A DNA stretch of 62,488 nucleotides, filler included, from Hausera hauseri (lineage: Eukaryota), in assembly GCA_046269625.1 (NCBI GenBank). It is 14 parts of 14 records of this genome, joined end to end, with 100 filler letters (N's around TTAATTAATTAA, not from the genome) between each part and the next. Parts side by side here need not be neighbours in the genome. Positions count along the whole stretch, not along the records: positions 27,019 to 31,014 come from JBJURY010831525.1; positions 31,115 to 35,914 come from JBJURY010432139.1; positions 36,015 to 40,072 come from JBJURY010788534.1; 11 more parts are not named here. One strand, 5' to 3'. The notes beneath the pieces are model-generated. The model did no database searches, was not told the DNA's origin, and saw only the letters and a list, made by a program, of their open reading frames with translations. Shown one piece after another: positions 27,145-40,172 of this stretch. The translations under genes were made by a program, and so were the position numbers. How positions within the stretch are numbered: position 1 is the first letter of the stretch; every line of letters starts with the position of its first letter.

Positions 27145-28095
27145 TTTTCCTTTATTTTTGATTCAAAGTGTTTCAATAGCTCAAACACAGGTGCGGTTGC
27201 CTATGGGCTGAACCAGAGATTGAAAATAAGTCATTTATGTACTTTCTTTCAGAGATAGGAGTAGAATATGACTTATTTTTTCCTCAAAACTTACCTCACT
27301 AATATTTCAAAAGAGTTTTTAGTGTAGTTGAATTTCTTTTGAAGATGGAATTCATAGACAGAAATGCAGTTCATGTTCTATCATATTGAAGTTTTAAAAG
27401 ATACAATTTGAGGTATTCAGACAATTTGTCACAGAAGAACTCTCCTCAGTTCAGCACAACACTTCAGATTACACACAAGACCTTGGAGACATCTTCAGTA
27501 TGTGGGCACCTGTCAACACTAAGAAATCTGCGAAACTAAGGACAACTAAAGAACTTGAAATTGGACTGAGGCCGAAAAAAAAATTCTAAGTGCTTTTTAT
27601 CTCGCTTAGAAATCTATAAATGAGAGTTCACGTGTGCATTGGAAACACGAATGTTTAAACCTGTTCTATTTCTTTGAAATTTTCATTTTGCGCTAAGCAT
27701 AATATGTCATAATTGATCAAGTTTTATCTTTTTGATTTTATTTCATGATAAATTAAATCACTCTGTGTCATCCAATACGTTCCCTGCAAGAGGCATGTCA
27801 GCCGCGCAGCTTGCTCTTTGGATTCATGTTTTTTTTTTCATCTAGAATAAATTAAACGATTGTGGGAAGAACACATTTAATGGACTATAACAATTCATGC
27901 AATTAACGCTTTTGTATTAGTAACCCGCCAAATTTCAAGGAATCCATTTTTGTCAAACAACTTTTAAAGAAGGAGTACTTCTTTCACATAATTTAGTTAG
28001 AGGCACATGCTCAGGACACAATTCAGCATTTTATAAAGAGCGTCTTCGAAGACCTAGGTACGCTACCACGAACCAGAAATTTAGGTTTTTACGTA

Positions 28096-30336
28096 TAGTG
28101 GGGCGGATAAGCAAAATTATTGTGCATTTTGTGATAAAAGCATGAAATTTGGCAGAGATATACCTCTTTATGTGATTTAAAGATATAGATATTGGGCCAC
28201 TCGTGTTCTGCCCTCTGAAGGTAATGGCAGCCATTTTCCAATATGGCTGCCAAACAAAATATAGTATTTGAGAAATGTTCAGTTTTTGGTGGGTTCTAAT
28301 GATTTAATATGTAAATAATTTTGAAAATGTACGATCTTGAATTACTTTCTCTCAAATCATTATTCTTTTGCTTGTGATACTGGAAGGTTTCGATTTTTAG
28401 AAGCCATCATCGGAGTATATAATTCTATTTCTGACTTTTCTAAAAATCATAACCCATCACTCAGTTTGTTACTTTTGGTTTTAATTATTCCTTTTATGTA
28501 ATGTAGAGTTGTCATTGAATGAATACCATCATTATGTGTACACTTCAAGCTTGTTGATCTGCAGAATTCAGGTCCATCAACATTGCGACAGAAAGTTGAA
28601 TTCAACTGGACACTGTGTGTCATTTACTAAGAGGACAAAAAACACGAACGACTTACTTGTCCAGCACAATCTAAGAGAAAGGATAAGGGAAGTGGATACC
28701 TTAGCAAAAAACTTGACTGAAGCTGCTGAACTCGATCTGTTACCAAGAACACTCTCTCTGAAACGGATTGACAAAGATTCTGGTATTGAGGCTGCTATGA
28801 TAGTTTATGGTGCATGATATCATCAGTCATGCAAATTGAAATATAAGATCACGAAGTTAAACAGGGCTAAAAAAGCATTATTGAAGAAAGAGGAAGTTTG
28901 CCAGAAGACAGATGGACATCCTACATTGAAATGTATATGGTCTAAATCACCAGCGATCACCGAAAAGGCAACATGCTTTTTCTGCAATAAGGTAGCTGGA
29001 CGTGGAGGTCTTCATGATGCTTCCACATTTGAATTAGATGCTCGTGTTAGGGCTTGTGAACAACTTGTTGAAGATAGTGACCTTTTGAGTCTTTGATTTT
29101 TAAGTGCAGGAGACATGGTGGCACTTGAGGCTAAATACCACACTAGTTGTTTGATACACTTGTACAACAAACCAAGAAAGCCGAGTGCTGAATCCAAACC
29201 AAACGATCATGAGAAATCTTTGCATGTTTATTATGTCTTTGCTGAATTAGTTATGCACATTGAGGAAGTACATGAGGATAGTGAGAAATCTTTTGTATTC
29301 AAGCTTGCTGACATTGCTGACTTGTACTCAAGCAGACTCAATCATCTTGGGGTCCAAATTGAGGCTAGAGTTCACACAACACGGATGAAACAACAAATTC
29401 TGGCATATTTTCCTGACATGAGGGCCTATACCAAAGGAAGAGACGTACTACTGGCGTTCAATGAAAATGCAGGGTCTTTTCTTACGAAACCATGTAAATT
29501 TGATGCCGATAATGATGTTGTTCAGCTTGCTAATGCTGCAAAAGTTGTCAGACGTCAAATGTTTCCAGAAGAAAAATCGTTTACTGGGTTTTCCAGTACA
29601 TGTCAAAAAGACAGTGTTCCACCTTTATTACTTGCGCTGGTGAATATGATACTTGATAGCCCATGTATCAATAAGGACCAGGTTGAAGTTAATTCAACTG
29701 CAACACTTGGAATAGCTCAGCTCCTCAAGTTCAATAGTGCTAAGCACTGATGTATTAGAAGAACATCTTCCCCTCAGGCTACGGTACAGCACAGTCAATC
29801 GCAGGAAACCCCAGTCCCCATTTATTTAGGGCTCATGTTGCATGCTCACACATAAAAGAGAGAAATAACTGAAAAACTTTACAGTCTTGGTATCAGCATT
29901 TTATACAACCGAGCCCTGCAGCTGTCAACATAGTTAGGTTAATAATGTGTGCCAACAATTCCATCAATAGTAAGTAGCCTGTCCTCCTGGAATGAAGCAT
30001 GTAATATTTACAAGTGCTGCTGTTGACAATACAGACCACAATTCATCATCAACTACATCAAAAAGTTCTTTCCATGGCATTGGAATCGCGATAATCCAGC
30101 ATCCAACTTTTCATGATGAGGGAGTTCCTCAAACAATTAATATACAAAATGAATCTCAACAGTCATGTGGAATTGAAGAAAATTCATCCATTGCCATCTT
30201 CCTACGCAGATGTACCCCCTGTCGATTGCAGTTTCAAGAAATCTATTACATTATTAAGCGTGCTCTGTTCCAAATTTCATGCTTTTATCAGAAAATGCAC
30301 AATTACTGCTATTTTTTGGCGTTATCTGCCCCACTA
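28096..30336 (+). mobile_element. Academ-type DNA transposon, internally deleted, with transposase remnant ~28560-30250
   Basis: TIRs TAGTGGGGC(G/A)GATAA..TTGTGCATTTT.TGATAAAAGCATGAAATTTGG; TAG..CTA ends; 3-bp TSD GTA (28093-28095, 30337-30339); DMVALEAKYHTSC, CFFC, FTSAAVDNTDHN..SFHG. Superfamily named from termini and TSD length. Confidence 0.8.
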
Positions 30337-31114
30337 GTATAAAAAAATTGAAACAAGCAAATCGTCACATAAGTGATTTCCAACACTTTACTTTTACTTT
30401 CGTTTTTCATGTATTTTATGTAGGCTGTAGTACATGTTTTAGCATCGAGTTCATTTATTTCGAACTTGTGCTTAACCGAACAGAAGTGGATCCCAAGTAT
30501 TTCAGTTTAGTGGAGTTCCACTGCATATTCTTCCCATTGATAAATTCACTGTTTAGATCATCACAGTTCAGACAGAAAGTTAAAATAATTTTACATTCAG
30601 GAACAAAACAACACAGTTCAAGATTGATGCTTCCACCTCCAGGATTTGTAAAACGTCTGAGGAAATCTAATTTAAGTCCCTTTTTTGACTTTCATTACGC
30701 TTAAGCCACCATACCTATATCGGTTTGACTAATCCACCGAAAAGGGATAACTTTATTAGCTGCTGTATTGCTATAAATATTCTTTACCAAATTTATTTTA
30801 AATCTGTCTGCTTAAGGTTTCTTTCCGCTGTCTTACTTTTCCAGTGATTCTCATTGATCCCTGAAGCACTGCTCGCATCTGTTTGTCTATTTTAATGATT
30901 TTATTCCAAATATAATATTTTTTCCAGTATGAAAAACATTCACACACAGCTGACTAAATTCCGGCTCATATGAACATGGTACTTTTTATGTCAAGTCATT
31001 CAGATTGATATTTTNNNNNNNNNNNNNNNNNNNNNNNNNNNNNNNNNNNNNNNNNNNNTTAATTAATTAANNNNNNNNNNNNNNNNNNNNNNNNNNNNNN
31101 NNNNNNNNNNNNNN

Positions 31115-31620
31115 AGAAATGACATTAGAGAGATATGCCCAGCAATGTGACAAATATAAAAGGACTAATGATCTCAATAATCGGAATAGAACCGATAATC
31201 AAGTCAACAGACGATTTAGTAATAATAACCAAAATCGAGGTTTTAATAATAGTAATTAATATGCGCACAATAGGAGTCAAAGCAGTTATAGAAATTTTAG
31301 TAATAATCGGAATACATACGGTTCGTATAATAAACCAAGTTACAATTTAGATAGGAACCAAGGTAGTTACCGACTCAATAATAAATACACCGATAATCGG
31401 AATAAGGATAACAGATATGACAGAGATAACAGACAAACATCACGGAGCCAGAATAAGAATATAAACAGATCAAAATCACCCGTAAATGAGAATGCCCGAC
31501 AAAGTATTGGTCACAATGGGAATTTAATTTGTTTTACATGTGGAAAAGAAGGACATATTGCTAGGTCATGTCTAAATCCTAGAAGTGTTACATTCTCTGA
31601 ACCGACTAAAATAAGTATGA
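31115..31620 (+). pseudogene. gag: gag C-terminus: N/R-rich region plus CCHC zinc knuckle
   Basis: CFTCGKEGHIARSC at 31530-31571. Confidence 0.8.
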
Positions 31621-31735
31621 TTAGAAATAATTTAGAAGCCATCTATGGTAAACGAGGTGATATAAGCATTATCATCGAAATGCGAGATCTACGCAGATCC
31701 ATAAGAAACCTAGGCGAAACTACTATCCTCAAGTC

Positions 31736-34700
31736 ATGAAAGCTAGAAAAGAATATAAAAAGAAATTGCTATTAATTAAAGTCTATCATGGATTAAGAGA
31801 ACCACAAACCGATGAAGAATGGACTTTGGCACCAAATAATACTAATATGGCGCGTACGAAGTATATTCCGCAAGAAATAGCAAAATCGGAGAAACTAATG
31901 ACATCTCAGAATGTAGATTTAGACGCAGAATCCGAGAAAAACAAACCAGGTGGAACAACAGATGAGATAGAAAGTGAATTTATTGGGCTTTTAGTTCTTA
32001 AGATAACCAAGAATAGAGGTAGAAGCCTATCGCCTAAGAGAAAATTCAAGACTCGTTCAAGATCTCCCATTAAAAGGGATACAGAAGAAAATGGAGATTT
32101 CTATACTGCTATTCTAAGAGATGACTCGCCCTCAGATATTTCTATTACGCCTATAGGGATTCCAGAAGTGTTAGAAATGCCAGAGATAATAAATATTAAT
32201 GACGAAGTCAATGAAATTTGTCCGCTTCCAGCCAGTGAGGAAGAAACGGACGATAATAATGATCCTGATGCAAAAAAATGGAAAGTTCGACGTTCATGGA
32301 AGAATGCCGATGAATTAAAGAAAATGAAAATTAGATGCCATGATCCAGATATACTCCGACACAATTTAGAAAGGCTTAAACAGATCAGTGAACAAACAGA
32401 CATATCTGGTAAAGAACAACAATTTGCGGGAAAATTATACGAAAGTTTAAAATTATGCAGTAAAGGAAAACTGTACAAAGAAATCGAATTAAAACAACCT
32501 GAAGAGATGCCACAAGACACGTTGATGAAATAGAGCCGTGAATTAGAGTCATGGATCAAAAGTGGAGTCGAATTGTCGGAAGGATGGAGCAAAGACGAAG
32601 TTAGTATCGGTATAAAAGTCGCTGAAGTGCAAACACTACTATCTACACTATAAGCTAATCACAAGTTGAAGAGAGTAGCCCGTAATTTAGAACGTAAGAT
32701 GGAGGAAATCCGTTATGCAACAATCAACCGGTTTAGGGAAAAACCGGTTGGCAATCGAAGAAATATCGATTTAGAAATATTGGGTGTAGACCCGATTGAT
32801 ATTCCTCCCTTAATGGAAATGATAAAAATTGCATTTCTTGAACCCAGGCGATGTGCGGACTTAGAGAGTCGCATTAAAGTAGAGAATGAAAGAAGGTCAC
32901 AGATTAACAGTTTAAGAAATCGAATTATGTATATAAATAACGAAAAAACCGAATATATAATAAAGGCTTGTATCATAGAATTCGACGAATATAAGAATGA
33001 ACTCAATTATGTTAGCCAATTTATGAACTTTATAAAAGGCCCAGACGATGAGTTGAAAGATGCCTATAAGACACTAGACAAAGTAATATTAGCCAAGCCA
33101 ATAATCGCCAATCAGTTGTCAGAATGGTCCGAATTAATAAAGAAATTAATTAAATTAATAGAAGAATGTAAGAAAGAATTTCCGGAAAGCGAACCATCTG
33201 TAAAAAAGCAACTAGATGAAGGTGCACTTAACTTAACCACCATATAAGCAAAAATAGACAGCCAAACACGGTTCGAATCATTACGACGATTAAATTTTAT
33301 GAAGAAGAAGCAAAAAAGACAATGTTAGAAGAAATATATAAAATGATCAAAGAGACAAACTTTGCAGAAAAATGAAATATGACTTGCAATTTTTACTCGA
33401 AGTTAAGAAGCATCCGACAAGAAGGAATCCAATATTTAACAGATAGACCTATCAACAAGATTTCGATCCAAGATATTGAAACTTTGGATATTTGTCCGGG
33501 ACATAGAGCGGCTCTAGCAGAAACAATAAGATTTTTGCTAAACCACGAGAATGGATAGCCGGTACGAATCAGAAGTGCCATACTGAATTGACGAAAATAA
33601 GAAAAAACGAACGTCTTAATGTTGAAGAATCTAACTTCGTAAAGAAATTGCTGGATGCAATGGATCCCGACTCAAAAATTATAAAAGAGATGTATGGGCT
33701 AGCTTACTTATTGGTGGAAATGGCGGAGATTAATGATGAACGGATGAGGCAATTAATGCCCAAATTACAACAAGTTGAAGAGACGTGCATCAGAACGAAA
33801 CAAAGAGCAACGAGCCTAGATGAACTAATAAAAGACTTTGAAAGATATCGGAACAAGTACGCTTTTACGGAATCAGAAATCAAAAATAAGAGAGAATTCG
33901 TGCAGCGTTGGCAAAAAGACGTAATTGTTGAACTAACCGATTATCACCAGAAAGGATTCATCAATTCTGATAAATTAGGCGAACTACTAAAAATGATTCA
34001 ATATGCCTGTGGAAACGGAATAGGTTTCCGGACTACACAGATGAAAGAAATACAACCAAAATTGAGCGAAATTTGAGAAAATGTGCAAAGGACGAACACA
34101 GCTTTAGTAGACTATTGACTCCCAGATATTGGGAATGAACCAGAATGGGATGCTTATTTAGAAGAAATAACGGCCGAAAATCCGGTAATACCAGTACACC
34201 TCGACGAAACAGAAATGTATCCGCAGAACAGAAAATATAAGGTAGAGATGCTCCTGGACTCAGCGTTAACCGAGAAGGACCTGATGGAATCAATTAACGC
34301 AAATATTTCTGAAAATAAGCTCAGACACTTATTCCGACTCTGACTAAATTATGCAATGAAAACACAATTTACAGCACGGTGCCGAAACTTTTAATAAAAA
34401 AGTACGCGAAAATCTTGAAGGATAAGCCTGAGCTTACGATGAAAATAATGATATTATCTGAGTGGATGGAAGAAAAAAATATGTAAGCTACCTACTTATT
34501 CCTACGTAAAGGATTTAAGAGAATGGTTAGTAAATAACGGCGGAACAAAAGAACTAAATTACAGATTTTACTTTAGAGAAAGAATACTCGACGATTTAGA
34601 ACAATTAATAAACGTAGGAATCATTCCCGGCGAAACAAGTAGGATAGTAGTAACAATAACTAATGAACAGAAGAAAGAGGAAGCCACGCGGAAGGCTAAA

Positions 34701-35340
34701 ACGGAACAGTGCGTAGGACAAATCATGGAAGTAAGAGACGCCGCAATGTACTTCGAATATTTACAAACGGACAAAGACAAGGAACAACCCGACAAGAATC
34801 TAGTGCTGCTAAGTGGAATAACAGCCAATGCTCCGAGACCAAAACGCTTAGTCGGCAGACCTAGGAAACTACGAGAAGAAATAGACTATAATGGCGAATT
34901 AATTAGAGAGTAAAGACAGATGTCGATCCCTGCATTTAGCCCAGATAATAAAGAGTTAAGCGAGTTAATGAAGAATTTAATACGAATTTTAAATTATTAA
35001 AGCCTTCGAGGAGATACATTAAACGCTGAATAAAGAGCAATATTCAACGCAGCCAGGACAAAGAGAAGTTCGCGTTTCAAACTGTCAAAATGTAGTCTAA
35101 CTGACGACGCAGTAGTCGAGTAAATTATGGTGGAAAATACGACAGAAGAGCTAATAAAAGTATTACTGTACTTGGCAATCAATCACGAAAATGAACTAAA
35201 TCGAGCTACAAGTTTGGCACGAAGAGCATTTAGTAAACTTCCGTGTGAAGCAAATTAGCTAAAATTGTTCGACAAAGAAGAATACAAAAGAAACAGCAAT
35301 AATTGACTCGGAGACATTATACGCAATCTAACGACAACAG
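31736..35340 (+). pseudogene. Long decayed K/E-rich, probably helical region of unknown function between gag and env
   Basis: Chain of same-strand ORF pieces split by single stops or frameshifts; no PR, RT or IN motif. Confidence 0.65.
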
Positions 35341-35377
35341 ATAATAACAATAGGAAGAACGAATCCAAGCGGTTCAA

Positions 35378-35914
35378 TTGGGTGCCGTTACCGTCTACGA
35401 TTGTTATAGATTTAAACTTAGACAAAATTATTCACTAACGGACTTAGAAGCATGTGAGGACGCCAGACCACACAAATTGGAAACAAAAGAAAAGGGTTAT
35501 TTCCTATACAAACAACAAGAGTTGATATCTTTGGATGGCATGGAATGTATGCTGAGACGATCCCGTAGCATTTTCCATTGTGGGTTAATGCAGTGGACAT
35601 TCCTCGATAATCAAACCAACAACTCCTCCGATCCCAATGAATTTGGAAATTCAACACTGCAAGCAAGCCCGAGAAACCGGAAGACTGAAATGGGGTAATA
35701 TGGAATTAGAAATGCAACCCGGAAGAATAATCAGACCGTATAAGATAGTAATCGGGATGCTAGATATACATAAGGGGCACTTTAGTAGAACGGAATACGA
35801 TACCGGGAAAGGTTTGGAAGCAAATGTAACAGTAGTAGACTTTTACGAATTGGAAATGCTAGTCCAAAAAGTAATGTTCCATAGTGTCACTAAGCTATAT
35901 ACTGAGCATCAAAA
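35378..35914 (+). pseudogene. env: N-terminus of chuvirus/gB-like glycoprotein (paralogue of 23956-26106)
   Basis: VTVYDC..NYSLTDLEACEDARPHKLET..GMECMLR..FHCG aligns with ILAYDC..YYSLMDLLSCPDALPRKLET..GLECSLR..SYCG. Confidence 0.8.
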
Positions 35915-36014
35915 NNNNNNNNNNNNNNNNNNNNNNNNNNNNNNNNNNNNNNNNNNNNTTAATTAATTAANNNNNNNNNNNNNNNNNNNNNNNNNNNNNN
36001 NNNNNNNNNNNNNN

Positions 36015-37330
36015 CTGCAACAAATGAAATATTTTATGCACTATTCACAATTAACAAGTTCAAAAGATCTACTATTAAAAGCTAAAAGGGCAAGATAGCA
36101 GATCCAGATAACATTATTATGATATGAGCAAAACCTTAAGTGACAAAAACAAGAATAGTTCTAGATTTTAATAGCACCACCTGGAAATAGGGAAGCATTC
36201 AAAACCTGTGGAAGACAGCCACCATCATCCCTATCCTAAAAAAAGGAGAAGTCAAAGGACGAAAGAAATAGCCATCGTACCTCTTCGCTAAAAAAACATG
36301 AGCAAGATCATTGCAAGAATGATAGCAGGCAGGCTACAGCTGTGGGTCGAAATAAAACACGCAGCCTCCAACCTAATCAGGCCGGATTTAGGAAAGGCTA
36401 AAGGTTAATGAAAGCTACCGGTGATGACCTTCGTCGAAACAAAAAACACACTGTGGTCGTATTTGTCGACTTTCAGCAAGCATATGATAAAGTCTCGAAA
36501 ACTGGCCTGAATTATGAAATTCTAAAGCCGGGTATACGGTGCATCATGTACAGATGGATAAAGAGCTACCTAAAAGGCGGAACAATCAGCACAAAATACA
36601 AGGGAAGCATCTCCAAGAGAGCTAGAGGAAGACAGAGGCAGAAGATCATAGATGGATTGACAACATGGCATGGTCTAGAAACATCCACAGATTTTATATC
36701 AAACACAAGAGATAGAGAGATGTAGAGAAACATGATCGCCAACGCCGTTGATCAAGGCACATGATGATGATGATCATGATCTCCAAGAAAGAACACTTGA
36801 AGAAGGACTCCCTCACCGGATCAGCACTTCGCTGTATAATATTCCTACCCTATATAAATGATCTTCTTGTCAACCTGCATGCTCTTTTTGCTGGTAATTT
36901 GGTATTGTGGAGCAAGCACACGAAACAGTTTGAAAGAAGCATAAGCAGTGAAGTAAAAACGCTATTGGAATAAAGAAAGAGATGGAAAATTAACATTAAT
37001 ATTGGGAAGACTGTACACACCTTATTCTCCCTAAGCCCAAAGGTAAGAAAGAAAAGCCTGAAATTGAATATAGGAGACACAGAACTCCAACATCACCCAG
37101 AAGCTACAAGAAATATGCCACACAATTATAAGACTGTACGGTGTGGATGTATATATGTAGTGGATTCCAGGCCACACAAACATCTATTTCAATGAGAAGG
37201 CCGATAAACTGACAAAGAGGGGAGCACACATGCCTTAGATAGCATACACATTAAGTTTGGCAACAGCAAAACAGATAATCAAAAGTAATTGTAGAGAGAA
37301 TTGGATGAATAAGCCGGCACAGGCTAACAT
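36015..37330 (+). mobile_element. Decayed non-LTR retrotransposon (RT plus RNase H; I/Nimb/ingi-like)
   Basis: WKTATIIPILKKG, QAGFRKG, VFVDFQQAYDKV, FLPYINDL, WIPGHTNIYFNEKADKL. Confidence 0.75.
36619..36778 (+). mobile_element. 5'-truncated RTE LINE nested in the above
   Basis: RGRQRQKIIDGL..RDREM, (TGA)n tail, TSD ATCTCCAAGA at 36609-36618 and 36779-36788. Confidence 0.8.
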
Positions 37331-38003
37331 CGGAATTAAGCTTTTCAGACACCAAACAGACCCTAATAATGAAGACTGGGTGTAGTAATCGACTCTTAGG
37401 GCATTGCGAGAAACAGTAGTAATAAACCTGTAATGATGTACAAATATAAACACAGAGGCGGGTGTATTTACTTTACTATTTTTCACAATACTCGCAAAAC
37501 GACACACACGCTGACACACATTTTATTCATAATATATAATATTTCATAGTTTTTTTATTCATAATATTTCATAATTTCACAATTTGTGATGTCATACCAT
37601 CTTCCCTTCACACTACAACTAGCAGTCTTATCAATTACTGTCTCACTTTTATAAGAACAAAGAATAAGACCCATACTTCAGTAGTAGTCTATACACTCAA
37701 CACACGTCCCCGAAATTTATTTTACTAATAGCTTCACCATATTGCTCGCGAACGCACTTAGGCAGGGCACATTATGATGATTAAAACCTACAACCGAAGA
37801 AGAATTATACGTCTATACACCCACACTTTATCTAAAGTTATTGTGGGACACAATATACCCCAGGTAATAATGATGATAATGATCATGACCTTGATGATAG
37901 GATGATCAGTCCTGCTACTCAGAGTACATAAGACGAAATTCCTTTCTGGCTTATACATTTGTCACAACACGACCTGAGGACGATTGCTACCAAGGCACTA
38001 ATA

Positions 38004-38450
38004 TCATCATCATCATACCGTATGTCCTTAGCAGAACGTCGTCCTCATCACATCCCGTCTGAGAGATTCTTTGTTTATTGTCAGCTCGCCCGCTTCTCTC
38101 AAGTTCATATTCAAAGTTTCCTTGATGTCTTATGTCCAGCGTCGGCTTGGGCTTCCCTTAACTCTTGTGCCATAAAAAATACCTTCTAACACTATTTTCT
38201 CCAAGCCATCATGACGTTTAACATGGCCAAAATATTTCAGTTTTCGAGACATGATTCTGTTGATGAGCCAGTTGTTCATGATGCTCAGTTCTTGGAGTAT
38301 ATCTTTGTTTGTTCTCTTTTTAGTCCATGATATTCTTAGGACTTTTCTGTAGCGCTTTGATTCGAATTCGTTTATCTTTTTCTTTATTGCTTGTGTGTTA
38401 GTTCATGATTCACTTCCATAGGTCGCCACAGGGAAAATACATTCACTGAA
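38004..38450 (-). mobile_element. RTE LINE 3' fragment
   Basis: Minus strand reads YGSESW..LRISWTKKRTN..LKYFGHVKRHDGLEK..EG..GKPKPRW; (TCA)n tail. Confidence 0.75.
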
Positions 38451-38964
38451 AGTAATACATGCCACTATCATTTCATATATTAAACACGCTTTTTAACTAT
38501 CTTGATCTGCTCGAGAGAACCTTGCATGTATTTCAATCTAGACGTGGTTTAATTATAGGAAAGTTGAAACTTATCTTCCTAACATTGCTTAGTCCAACCT
38601 GAGAATACTTGAACTGACCTACCAAGATGTTCGCATTGTTGAATTTAGAAGCAATGGACACAAACCAGCTAATCGCCACTCACTTTCATGTTGGCTGAAC
38701 TATGTACGTATAATACCATGAAGCAACATCGCCATGCTTATATATGTACGAGGCCGAGGACAGCAGAAGATGTCAATCTGATGGATATTTAAAAAATGCA
38801 ATTTGTAATGAGAAAATTATGAAAAGACGTAAACCTGTAAGGGATACAGTTAATGACCCATACTTCCAAGATAATAGAGGATAATGTTTGTGTATTGTAT
38901 CTTTGCATTTTAAAAACTATTACATTATTACTGAAATAATCCATCGTGTGTCGTCTATCTGGAT

Positions 38965-39375
38965 GTGGTGATGGCCTTGTGGATGCTGGTAACCCTTAGC
39001 GGTATTTCGGATTTATCATATATACTGTAAGGGTCACTAAGACCGGAAAGTTAAAATTGTAGGGGAGACCCAAACTAGGATACCTCATTCCCCCCTGCTG
39101 TCTGAGGTTATGCACAGAGTTTACAGTTATGTTTGTTAAAAATTAAATGTTTCAGAAACAGCAGTGATTTATCTTTCTTCTCTGCAGGACAGACTTCCAG
39201 AAAATCCGTTCTTGAAGGATTAGAACAACTTATCCCTCCAAACAGATAAATTAATTGCAAAATCAATAACAGGATGTCCTTCTGGAACGTTAGATCTATG
39301 AACAAAATCGGAAAACCAAAACAGATAACAACATAAATGACCAGCTACAAGATGCACATCTTGGGAATCAGTAAC
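38965..39375 (+). mobile_element. RTE LINE 5' UTR and start of APE endonuclease
   Basis: FWNVRSMNKIGK..MTSYKMHILGIS; structured leader upstream. Confidence 0.65.
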
Positions 39376-39624
39376 AGTTAAGGCAATGATCAACAGCATG
39401 AAGTACAGCGGAGGAAATACATAAAGTCTTGCTGCAGACTGAAAGAGTGGAGAGTATTTGTGGCTTCCTAATGAGACGATAAATGGTGTACTGGATGATG
39501 GCTGTTATGACGATGTTTTATTCAGCTACAGATGATGATAATAAAGTCCAGCCCAACTCCCATGTTGAATGAAGCACATACGCATAGTGCCAAGTAGGAA
39601 CCGTGCCATGCCCAGACTTTATAG

Positions 39625-39955
39625 TCTGATATCATCAGGTACCATACTACGAAGCGTAGGCTGTCATGGATCACCATTTCTCGCGATTCCTGGTGTCCCC
39701 GATCATCTCTGCTGTTGATCTACTTCCGAGCCATTCTTGCGAATAATCCAGACACTTCATTCTTTGCCGACCACTACTTCTAGTTCCTGGTATTTTGCCC
39801 CTGGTTACCAACTTTATCAGACCTTCTCTTTTTAAAATATGGCCAATCATAGATGTTTGTCTTTTCTGATCTTACTGATAAGCGTTCTTTCTGCGTCTGA
39901 TTCGTGTAAAATCCCTTCATTTGTTCTCATTGCTGCCAATGGGATTTTCAACATT

Positions 39956-40002
<47 letters not shown>

Positions 40003-40072
40003 AAGCTGAGTCCATTCTTTTCACTTTCAGTTATTACCGTGTTTAGCATCTCTTGTAAATCCCTTTCGTTCG
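39625..40072 (-). mobile_element. RTE LINE 3' fragment interrupted by a microsatellite
   Basis: Minus strand: RMLKIP..GHILKREGLIKLVTRGKIPGTRSSGRQRMKCLD. Confidence 0.7.
39961..40000. repeat. (GT)20 microsatellite
   Basis: Perfect dinucleotide run. Confidence 0.97.
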
Positions 40073-40172
40073 NNNNNNNNNNNNNNNNNNNNNNNNNNNN
40101 NNNNNNNNNNNNNNNNTTAATTAATTAANNNNNNNNNNNNNNNNNNNNNNNNNNNNNNNNNNNNNNNNNNNN

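Noticed and set aside
32101-32592. Long antisense ORFs (also 20323-20694, 44902-45288, 46520-46825)
   Set aside because: Shadows of coding sequence on the opposite strand.
37381-37617. Solo LTR bounded by TGTAGT..ACTACA
   Set aside because: No clean target-site duplication and no second copy to confirm.
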